Both the position numbers and the translations under genes were made by a program. From an uncultured Candidatus Saccharibacteria bacterium (lineage in GTDB: Bacteria; Patescibacteriota; Minisyncoccia; Phycocordibacterales; UBA9973), in assembly GCA_964535545.1 (NCBI GenBank), contig CAZHUT010000002.1:1-40313 (forward strand): 40,313 bases of DNA. The letters are read 5' to 3'. The notes beneath the pieces were generated by a model, which was not told the DNA's origin, did no database searches, and worked only from the letters and a program-made list of their open reading frames with translations. Positions 33,926 through 40,313 of this stretch are shown here, piece after piece; positions within the stretch are counted from its first letter, which is position 1; every line of letters starts with the position of its first letter.

Positions 33926-35365
33926 TTAATCTTCCGTTACTTCTTCGGCCTTAGCAACCGGTGCAGCGCTGGCGGCAGTTAAAGTAGCAGTAAAAGCTAC
34001 ATCATCGCCATTTGCTGTAAAAGTTAACAGAGCGCCTGTGCCTGTATCAATACCGGTAAAGGTAGTGTCGTTACCGCCTTTGGCAATTTTGGTTATGTTG
34101 CCATAGCCATACTCATTACCACGCAGGTCGTACAGGGTAGTTTCAATATTACGCGCGTCTTCATCGGTATTTTCAGCCGCATCGGTTAAATCGGATAAGC
34201 TTAGGTCATCCGCGGTGCCGGTTACTGTGCCGTTATTTACCTGAAGCGCAACAGAAAGCGTCTGCTCGTTGTAGGCAGTAGCAGTAAAGGTAGCGTTACC
34301 ATCGACATCGAAGGTTATAACCACATCAGCATCCAGGCCGTTTTCATCATATACCTGAGCGGTAAATGTGTCATCGTCTTTCTTCTCAATGTAGTTCAAC
34401 TCCAGGGTGCCATATGAGCCGCCATTACCGTTTTGCAGTTCAACCTCTACGCGGTTTTCGCTGCCTAATGTTTCGCGGGTTACTTCGCCCAGCACTACTT
34501 TACCTGCCAGAGGGCCTTCGGCCAGTTCTTCGGCAAAGTTATTTGCATAGGTTTCAGGTGCAATAACAGTGAAGGTTGCGTTTTCATTTTCATCAAACAC
34601 TACAGTTATAGCTGCGCCAGTTTTTTTATCAATACCGGTAAAGGTTTTTTCATCAGCTCCCTGTTCTACGCCAATAATTGTGCGGTTTTCCCAGGTTATG
34701 CCATTGGCTTTTAAAGCAATATCGCCTACATATTTGTCGGCCGGTACGCTTTGGCCTACTGCATCCTGCCACTCTTCCAGGTTGGTGTTATCTACCTCAC
34801 CGGTTACCTCGTTCAGCTCTTTCAGTAGCTGGCGCAGCGTTGGCAGCGGGTTCAGTGCTGTAAACTCTTCGGTGGTCTCTGCGGTAAACAGGTACTTGTT
34901 GCCTGAATACTTGCAGGTAAACATAACGCCTTTGTAGGTGCCGGTATAACCGCCATCTTCGGCTTTTACGTTGGTAAGGGTAATATCAGTATCATCGAAG
35001 CTATCATCAGTACTGCACAGCTTCAGCGGCATTGTTCCACCGTTCTTTGCTGCTGCCTTAAAATCGGCTGCGGTTACATTTGATAATTTTCCTGATAGTT
35101 CGCTGTTGTCGCGCAACAACTGGGCAATAGTTAGCCAATTACGTTTCATGGTGCTTTTTTGTTTAAGCGGTTTACAATATGTTCCCACTCTGTCGCTCGT
35201 GGTAACGTTCAGCGTTAGTATAGTCTCGTATATTCCCCCGTTCTTGGACGCATGCGCGTAAGGGATTTTATTAGGCCTGTCTTCGGTTTCGCTTGATGAT
35301 CTCAGTATGTTCTCTGGGACGATCGGAATGCAAAGATAGCCATCTATACATGGGCTTTCGGTCAC
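33926..35365 (-). CDS. Acidic repeat protein without a signal peptide
   Basis: Four beta-rich modules of the type TFTGID..TGA..T..F....NATFT. The GTG start at 35365 is 32 nt from the predicted TSS. ATG 35149 is an alternative start, but 72 codons stay open upstream of it. Confidence 0.65.
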   Translation of the reverse strand: MTESPCIDGYLCIPIVPENILRSSSETEDRPNKIPYAHASKNGGIYETILTLNVTTSDRVGTYCKPLKQKSTMKRNWLTIAQLLRDNSELSGKLSNVTAADFKAAAKNGGTMPLKLCSTDDSFDDTDITLTNVKAEDGGYTGTYKGVMFTCKYSGNKYLFTAETTEEFTALNPLPTLRQLLKELNEVTGEVDNTNLEEWQDAVGQSVPADKYVGDIALKANGITWENRTIIGVEQGADEKTFTGIDKKTGAAITVVFDENENATFTVIAPETYANNFAEELAEGPLAGKVVLGEVTRETLGSENRVEVELQNGNGGSYGTLELNYIEKKDDDTFTAQVYDENGLDADVVITFDVDGNATFTATAYNEQTLSVALQVNNGTVTGTADDLSLSDLTDAAENTDEDARNIETTLYDLRGNEYGYGNITKIAKGGNDTTFTGIDTGTGALLTFTANGDDVAFTATLTAASAAPVAKAEEVTED

Positions 35366-35403
35366 TTAGATTGACGTTGTTAAGGAACGATTCAGTGCCG
35401 CTA

Positions 35404-35431
35404 ATATTAACCCAAATCCATATTTTGTCAA
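35404..35431 (-). promoter_or_regulatory. Promoter of the 33926-35365 gene
   Basis: On the minus strand, TTGACA (35431-35426), N16, TAATAT (35409-35404). Confidence 0.55.
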
Positions 35432-35588
35432 GGTTTTACACGAAATCCACAGATATTCTATTTACCCCTTGTAAATGTTGCCTATTTCAAAGAGCAGTAT
35501 ATAATGAGCTTAGCTTACAGGTGACTCCCAGCAATGGGGGCGGCAAGCTGTAAGGTCGAACTTTAGCAACCAAATACAACTTTCGACT

Positions 35589-35861
35589 ATGAACAAAGCA
35601 GCACTCGTTGATTGGGTTCATGGACAGCTCGGTGGCACGAAAGTGCAGGCTGAGCAGATCGTCGATGGCTTGTTTGATCAAATCATCGCTACCATGAAAA
35701 AAGGTGGCGAAGTTTCGGTCTCAGGCTTCGGAATCTTCTCCGTGAAGTCCCGCGCAGCGCGAATGGCTCGAAACCCAAAGACCGGTGAGCAGGTAAAAGT
35801 TGCCGCTACAAAGGCCCCTAAGTTCCGTGCAGCCAAGGGGTTGAAGGACGCTGTCAAATAA
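35589..35861 (+). CDS. hup: DNA-binding protein HU
   Basis: MNKAALVDWV...VSVSGFGIFSVKSRAARMARNPKTGEQVKVAATKAPKFRAAKGLKDAV, canonical HU/IHF. Confidence 0.93.
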   Translation: MNKAALVDWVHGQLGGTKVQAEQIVDGLFDQIIATMKKGGEVSVSGFGIFSVKSRAARMARNPKTGEQVKVAATKAPKFRAAKGLKDAVK

Positions 35862-35902
35862 TTAGTACATTTGTCTGCAAGCAAATGCGCTATAGCTAAA
35901 GA

Positions 35903-35944
35903 GAGAAAACAAAAAACACCTTTCGGGGTGTTTTTTGTTTTCTC
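35903..35944 (+). terminator. Intrinsic terminator after hup
   Basis: Long stem GAGAAAACAAAAAACACC...GGTGTTTTTTGTTTTCTC. Confidence 0.8.
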
Positions 35945-36005
35945 TAGGACCACTTGCGAAATTTTCCGTGAAGCATAGAATGGGGAAAAGAGCCAACTAT
36001 TGCCT

Positions 36006-36524
36006 ATGGGTGATCTGATTGTTAAGGATACTGCGGTTACTGAAGAGAATCGCATTATCAAAGCTTTACATATCTCGCCAATTGGTACAGTGAGTGGTGA
36101 CAAATTCTTACATGAGGTAAAACAGGCGTCCCCTACCCTCAAAGAAGAAATTGTATGCTTGGGCTGTGACCAATCTGACGATTATATTTCGAAAAATGTT
36201 GAGAAGGTTCTTGAACTTCGTCCATATTACATTATCCTCTCGATGCCATCATCTACAATGGCAAAATACAGCAAAAAGCTTTTTGCTAACTCCATTTTCC
36301 ATGATGACACATACAGAAGAGAAAATGGACTTTGGGTTGTCACTCTTAGTTGCGGTGAATTCCAACATCCCGCAAACGCATTGAGCGATATTATTGATGG
36401 ATACTATTCCCATCATTCCTACCTGATTAGAGACCTAAAGAGAGCTCCATACACATGGATGGACCTGGTTGATGAACCAAGTTACTACAAACAATTTAAT
36501 CCGTACAAAAAAGATAAGGATTAA
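36006..36524 (+). CDS. Hypothetical protein (172 aa)
   Basis: Long ORF with a terminator downstream. I recognise no motif. ATG 36006 is preferred over TTG 36000. Confidence 0.6.
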   Translation: MGDLIVKDTAVTEENRIIKALHISPIGTVSGDKFLHEVKQASPTLKEEIVCLGCDQSDDYISKNVEKVLELRPYYIILSMPSSTMAKYSKKLFANSIFHDDTYRRENGLWVVTLSCGEFQHPANALSDIIDGYYSHHSYLIRDLKRAPYTWMDLVDEPSYYKQFNPYKKDKD

Positions 36525-36562
36525 TCCCTTCTGAGCTATGCTCAAAGCAACTACAACGCTTG

Positions 36563-36596
36563 ATAGCCTGCACACTTCGCTGCAGGCTATTTTTTT
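36563..36596 (+). terminator. Intrinsic terminator
   Basis: ATAGCCTGCA...TGCAGGCTAT followed by T6. Confidence 0.8.
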
Positions 36597-37599
36597 ATTT
36601 CTTAAGTTTCTTATCAGCGATATTTCGAGCTACGCGACGGAGATCTGGATGCTTATCATCTTCGCCAACAATTTCCGTGCCGATGATTTCTTCGAGCACA
36701 TCTTCGAGAGTAATTACACCAACAAAAGTTCCGAACTCGTCTCGAACTGCAAAGAGGTGCATGCGTTTCTGAATAAACTGATTGAGCACTGCATCGAGTT
36801 TGTCTTCCGGATCTACAAAATGTACGAATGGATCAAATACATTTTTTACTGAAACATCATATTTCAATCCAACAAGGTCTCGCCAATAGAGAATACCGAC
36901 GATATTATTTTTATCGCCTTCATACACAGGAAAACGAGAGAAGCCTGTGTTTTTCAATGTTTCAATCTGAACTTCATCAAGCATCTGGTTTGGTTCAACA
37001 GAAATGACCACAGTGCTTGGTGTCATAACATCTGCTACTGTCTTGTGTGAGTACATGAGCGATCCACGCGCAATGCGCTGTTCATCAGTATCAATAGCGC
37101 TATCAGGCAAGTGCGCCTCATATTCATCGATCATGCTGATCAACTCTTTTTTACTCAAATCAGTCTTGAGTTCATGTCCGAGGAATTTATTCAGTGCCCA
37201 CGCAATCGGTCCACAGATTGGATAGAGAATCCAAATGATTACTTTTACCAAGCCGGAAAACTGGGCGCCGACGCGAAGCGCATTTCGGCTCATAGCGGCT
37301 TGAGGAATCACTTCACAAGTAATGAAGATGACAGCCGTTGCAATAAAGCCGGCCAAAACCCCGCCGAGTAATTCGCCGAGGATAATAGAAACAACCGCAT
37401 TGATAGCCACATTCCCTAACAAAAGCGTTGTAAGGAGCAAGGTGCCGTCTTTACGGACCTCATAGACTTTGAGTGCGTCCTTATTCCCTGCTTTCACCTT
37501 GCGGCGCAAAGAATGAGTATCGAGACTCATAAGGCCAAGCGTCAGTCCTGAAAAGAGGGCTGAGAACGCAAGCAGGATAATTAAAATGATGAGTGTCAT
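36595..37599 (-). CDS. CNNM/CorC-type transporter (DUF21 TM domain plus CBS pair)
   Basis: N-terminal 4-TM DUF21 pattern, then a CBS pair (ADVMTP..., NIVGILYWRDL, FVGVITLEDVLEEIIG). Confidence 0.85.
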   Translation of the reverse strand: MTLIILIILLAFSALFSGLTLGLMSLDTHSLRRKVKAGNKDALKVYEVRKDGTLLLTTLLLGNVAINAVVSIILGELLGGVLAGFIATAVIFITCEVIPQAAMSRNALRVGAQFSGLVKVIIWILYPICGPIAWALNKFLGHELKTDLSKKELISMIDEYEAHLPDSAIDTDEQRIARGSLMYSHKTVADVMTPSTVVISVEPNQMLDEVQIETLKNTGFSRFPVYEGDKNNIVGILYWRDLVGLKYDVSVKNVFDPFVHFVDPEDKLDAVLNQFIQKRMHLFAVRDEFGTFVGVITLEDVLEEIIGTEIVGEDDKHPDLRRVARNIADKKLKK

Positions 37600-37608
37600 A
37601 AATTTCTG

Positions 37609-37679
37609 TGCGGGATAGCGGAGTCGAACCGCTCACCACAGTTTGGAAAACTGTTGTTATACCGATTAACTAATCCCGC
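37609..37679 (-). tRNA. tRNA-Gly (anticodon UCC)
   Basis: Hand fold of the reverse complement. Acceptor GCGGGAT/ATCCCGC, anticodon stem ACAGT/ACTGT with loop TTTCCAA, T-arm AGCGG-TTCGACT-CCGCT. No encoded CCA. Confidence 0.9.
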
Positions 37680-37723
37680 ATCGGATATCCAGTATACTAG
37701 CAAAAATTAGCCAAAACACAAAT

Positions 37724-37758
37724 AAAAACGCTCCCCTTCGATTCCTTCGTCGGGGAGC
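37724..37758 (-). terminator. Terminator of the 37780-38742 gene
   Basis: GCTCCCC...GGGGAGC stem with an A-run on the plus strand. Confidence 0.6.
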
Positions 37759-37779
37759 TCAAACACACTATCCAACACA

Positions 37780-38742
37780 CTAGTTATTTTTAGCTTTCTC
37801 CAAAGCAAGCTTGTCCATCATTGTTCTAAATGTTGGCAAGTCGCCCAAAGTAAACTTGTCGTGGTAGTCACCAAACAATCTTTTGTAACGAGAGTCAGAA
37901 TACTTTCCTCTCAACTTATTCTTGCCACCCCCGCCAACGGTTCTGGTCAGGAACGTCCCAAATGGAACGGCACGATGCGTGGCTCCAGGATGCCGTTTGT
38001 CTTCGTTTGGAATGGAATAAAACTTTTCCAGTACGTCATGCTTCTCGACAAACACACCGTCACGTCTTCGTACACGTAAATAGCTAATTTCATACGTAGA
38101 AATCGTATTCTGGTACGTTAATGCAATTCCTTGGCCATCAAACAAATCGAAGAGCAGATTTTTGGCGGTAAATTCTTCACGCGGACGATTAGGAAACATA
38201 AACTTGAGCTTCTTGTGTTTTTCCGGAAACGCAAGTTCCTTTTTCCTTGAACGAGATAAGTTGCCTAGCGCCTTCATCAGCGGAACGTTGTCAGTAAAGG
38301 ACTCTATGTATAAATCATAGTTTCTAAGCGAAAGACTGTGAGTCGTTATGAGGCAGCGTACAAAATATGTACTAAGCGCTGAACTTGCGCTATCCTCCGG
38401 TGCGTTGAGTAAGCCAACTTTGTATGTAGTCCCTTGCCCCGTCTCATTATCTAGGACTGAAACATAATAAGCGTTCTCCGAACCATTTCCTGGTGTTGAT
38501 GGACGAAGTGTGAGTAGGATTCTTCCTGTCTTTCCACCTGCGTCTCGCTGAAATACTCCTTCATCAGGTAAATCACGTTGTTCAGGAACACACGGATACA
38601 CCAAACATTCTTCGCTTGTTTTAAGCTTGATAGCAAGAGTTACTTTGCATTTTTGGTATTCGGGTAAAAAATCTATTTTCTGTTTGTAAACATTGAATTC
38701 ACAATGGGCGGACGGTAGTTCTTCAATTTTTCTCGTAGACAT
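37780..38742 (-). CDS. Orphan hypothetical protein (320 aa) between two tRNA genes
   Basis: Long ORF. The track start 38811 (GTG) lies inside the mscL terminator hairpin, so I use ATG 38742 (MSTRKIEELP...). I recognise no motif. Confidence 0.6.
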   Translation of the reverse strand: MSTRKIEELPSAHCEFNVYKQKIDFLPEYQKCKVTLAIKLKTSEECLVYPCVPEQRDLPDEGVFQRDAGGKTGRILLTLRPSTPGNGSENAYYVSVLDNETGQGTTYKVGLLNAPEDSASSALSTYFVRCLITTHSLSLRNYDLYIESFTDNVPLMKALGNLSRSRKKELAFPEKHKKLKFMFPNRPREEFTAKNLLFDLFDGQGIALTYQNTISTYEISYLRVRRRDGVFVEKHDVLEKFYSIPNEDKRHPGATHRAVPFGTFLTRTVGGGGKNKLRGKYSDSRYKRLFGDYHDKFTLGDLPTFRTMMDKLALEKAKNN

Positions 38743-38796
38743 AGGTAGCGGTTTTTTCTTAACTATATTCTTCTTGCAGGCAGTGTCAAATAACGC

Positions 38797-38829
38797 AAAA
38801 GCGGCGCCCACATGTGGGCGCCGCTTTTT
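38797..38829. terminator. Palindromic terminator after mscL
   Basis: AAAAGCGGCGCCCACATGTGGGCGCCGCTTTTT. Confidence 0.85.
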
Positions 38830-38835
38830 GAAGAT

Positions 38836-39189
38836 TTACTCCTTTTTCTTATCAAGCTTGTTGAGTCCAAGCCATTTGACTCCAAAGTAGACAACGGCAG
38901 CAATAATGACAAAATCTATGACTGTTGAGATAAAAGCTCCGTATTTCAGCGTAGCTGAGCCGATAACCAATACCCTATCAGCAAGATTTACTTTACCAAG
39001 CAAAATACCGATAAGTGGATTGACTACATTGTCCACAAGTGAGGTTACGATCTTTGAGACCGCTCCTCCGAGGATAAAGCCAACAGCCAGGCCGACAACT
39101 CCCTGTTCCCGGATAAAGTCCAAGAAACCTGTCATTTCGCCTCGAATAGCGCTTTTCTGCGCAATGCTTTTGATTTGATTGATGTCCAT
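38836..39189 (-). CDS. mscL: Large-conductance mechanosensitive channel
   Basis: FLDFIREQGVVGLAVGFILGGA...LVDNVVNPLIG...GAFISTVIDFVIIAAVVYF, the typical MscL sequence. Confidence 0.92.
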   Translation of the reverse strand: MDINQIKSIAQKSAIRGEMTGFLDFIREQGVVGLAVGFILGGAVSKIVTSLVDNVVNPLIGILLGKVNLADRVLVIGSATLKYGAFISTVIDFVIIAAVVYFGVKWLGLNKLDKKKE

Positions 39190-39193
39190 AATG

Positions 39194-39264
39194 TCGGGGT
39201 GCCGAGAATCGAACTCGGCCCTCTTGTTCCCAAAACAAGTATACTACCAATATACTACACCCCG
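39194..39264 (-). tRNA. tRNA-Pro (anticodon UGG)
   Basis: Hand fold. Acceptor CGGGGTG/CACCCCG, anticodon stem CTTGT/ACAAG with loop TTTGGGA (G37), T-arm CCGAG-TTCGATT-CTCGG. Confidence 0.88.
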
Positions 39265-39386
39265 TTTTCTGTTTACCGTACTAAATAACTCGCCTATAGT
39301 AGCATATTTTTTAGTTTTAACAATATTTTATCGTCATTCCGAACTAGATCTAGAATTTAAGCTCTCGGATTAGCTAGTTTAATATC

Positions 39387-39646
39387 CTCGGCGAATTGCC
39401 GGTAGGGTAATTCGAACCGAGCAGCGTGATACATTAAATGGACTCAACCAGGCGAGGAAGAGCGCTGAAGGTGTACTTTTCTGGTTCCGTAACCACGTAG
39501 GTGATTGAGAACAATCAACTCCACCAGAAAGAGCACACCTTCGCGCCCTGAGTTGCTTGTGCCCCAGCAGTACAAAGACTTGGCAGCTCTGCTGATAAAT
39601 AGTTAGGCAAGTAGGTTTAGGCCGAAAAAGCGTGCAGGGGGGGTAC
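39387..39646 (+). ncRNA. Unclassified helix-dense GC-rich intergenic element (candidate ncRNA; strand tentative)
   Basis: There is no ORF of 60 aa or more. GC is much higher than in the flanking 39265-39360. Helices: 39387-39397/39409-39421; a 19-bp rod 39462-39484/39524-39546 enclosing the hairpin 39502-39517; 39565-39570/39589-39594; and 39559-39564/39641-39646, which has a G-U valid only on the plus strand. Confidence 0.35.
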
Positions 39647-39651
39647 GAGAT

Positions 39652-40053
39652 CTACCCTATTATATTTTCTATTCTTTTTACCTTCGCTTGTCTCTTTGCC
39701 GGATCCAGATACACACAAATTAGATCTAGCTGCCAATCCATAATTTCAGGGACATTTCTGTCCGATAGGTATATTTCAATTGTCCTATAAATCTTACGGA
39801 CTTTGTAGGGGTTCATATTTTCCTCAGGTCTATAGTTTTTGTACTCATAACTTGCATTTCTTTCACGTGAAACGGTTTTTACTTCAATAAAATATAGTGT
39901 TTCATCCATTATTGCCACTATATCTATTTCACCCCAAGGCTTTGTGTAGTTACGTTCTATCACGTTATAACCATGGCTTATTAGATACTTTGCCGCAATA
40001 GTTTCCCCTATCTCCCCTGTCTTTTGTCTTCTAGAAGTAAAAACCCTCGGCAT
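39652..40053 (-). CDS. yraN: YraN/UPF0102 family endonuclease-like protein
   Basis: GEIGETIAAKYLISHGYNVIERNY..PWGEIDIVA....LYFIEVKT motif set. Confidence 0.85.
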   Translation of the reverse strand: MPRVFTSRRQKTGEIGETIAAKYLISHGYNVIERNYTKPWGEIDIVAIMDETLYFIEVKTVSRERNASYEYKNYRPEENMNPYKVRKIYRTIEIYLSDRNVPEIMDWQLDLICVYLDPAKRQAKVKRIENIIG

Positions 40054-40077
40054 ATTTTATTAGATAGTAACTTATGT

Positions 40078-40237
40078 GTTTCATATGAAACAATATAGAC
40101 TAGCCATATGAAATTTGCATGAATTAAAGATAAGTTTCATATGAAACAAGTTTCATGTGTAACACTATTGGAACATCGGTAATAAAAATGTCTGTTTCAT
40201 ATGAAACATATCGTAATATGTTTCACGTGAAACATAT
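40078..40237. repeat. Array of 14-bp palindromes GTTTCATATGAAAC and variants
   Basis: Perfect copies at 40078-40091, 40134-40147 and 40194-40207. GTTTCACGTGAAAC lies at 40220-40233, inside the 22-bp palindrome 40216-40237. A degenerate GTTTCATGTGTAAC lies at 40150-40163 and a half-site CATATGAAAT at 40105-40114. Confidence 0.85.
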
Positions 40238-40313
40238 ATTTATTGTTTGTTCACAATTTTCAGCTAAAATGGCATAAACCTATATAAAATAAGGCTAGAA
40301 TCATAAAAGACGC

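Noticed and set aside
17960-35460. The accessory islands as assembly chimeras from a Bacteroidota contaminant.
   Set aside because: Each island is only 1-2 genes and is flanked on both sides by backbone genes in conserved order (for example tig and clpP). Each also uses TTGACA/TATAAT promoters and hairpin-plus-T-run terminators like the backbone, rather than Bacteroidota-type TAnnTTTG promoters. Read-level validation is still advisable.
39342-39351. The CTAGATCTAG perfect palindrome and its complementarity to GAGATCTAC at 39647-39655 as a closing P1 helix for the candidate ncRNA.
   Set aside because: AGATCT is self-complementary, so the apparent long-range pairing is not informative. The 3' partner also overlaps the yraN stop region.
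39387-39646. The intergenic element as RNase P RNA or tmRNA.
   Set aside because: GAGGAAGAGCGC resembles CR-I, but its GCGC pairs locally in a 19-bp rod that encloses only about 40 nt. That is too small for a specificity domain, and the 3' P4 partner is poor. The GGTTCGAAT T-loop-like string on the minus strand has non-complementary flanks. No GGGG...ACCA acceptor pairing and no tag ORF ending in ..AA were found.
40078-40237. The palindrome array as a CRISPR array (repeats start GTTTC and end GAAAC).
   Set aside because: The units are only 14 bp and fully palindromic. Spacings are irregular (16-56 bp start to start), so there are no uniform spacers. No cas genes or leader are visible.

Overview
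This 40.3-kb chromosomal segment reads like a small-genome Patescibacteria/CPR (Parcubacteria-like) bacterium. That placement is an inference from gene content and protein style, not a database result.

Backbone housekeeping genes: rpsG (partial), rpsL, an M50 protease, rpmB, an HTTM-DCC membrane protein, ComEC split into two genes, Fe/Mn SOD, rnhA, recJ, a HIT protein, tpiA-pgk, nusA, ppa, tig, clpP, rny, hup, a CNNM/CorC-type transporter, mscL, yraN, tRNA-Gly(UCC) and tRNA-Pro(UGG).

Accessory content:
- Three very large Thr/Gly/Asn-rich secreted proteins.
- Three small islands (about 18.0-19.4, 24.5-26.0 and 33.0-35.5 kb) encoding secreted or lipoprotein-like proteins. One carries a Bacteroidota-type T9SS sorting domain. 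Their codon choice (by eye), long SD-less 5'UTRs and shared promoter motif differ from the mostly leaderless backbone genes.
- A Cys-rich zinc-ribbon operon (28.7-31.3 kb), a TrmB-type regulator with palindromic operators, and several orphan genes.

Non-coding content:
- GC-rich, helix-dense intergenic elements at about 1.0, 21.1 and 39.4 kb.
- Three perfect DnaA-box 9-mers upstream of the surface-protein genes, two in identical promoter geometry.
- A dense array of 14-bp palindromes at the right window edge.

I saw no CRISPR array, cas gene, transposase, integrase, reverse transcriptase or recognisable toxin/defence module, and I cannot name a complete novel multi-gene system. The best leads are the palindrome array, the accessory cassettes with their shared regulatory signature, the TTATCCACA promoter architecture and the unclassified structured RNAs.
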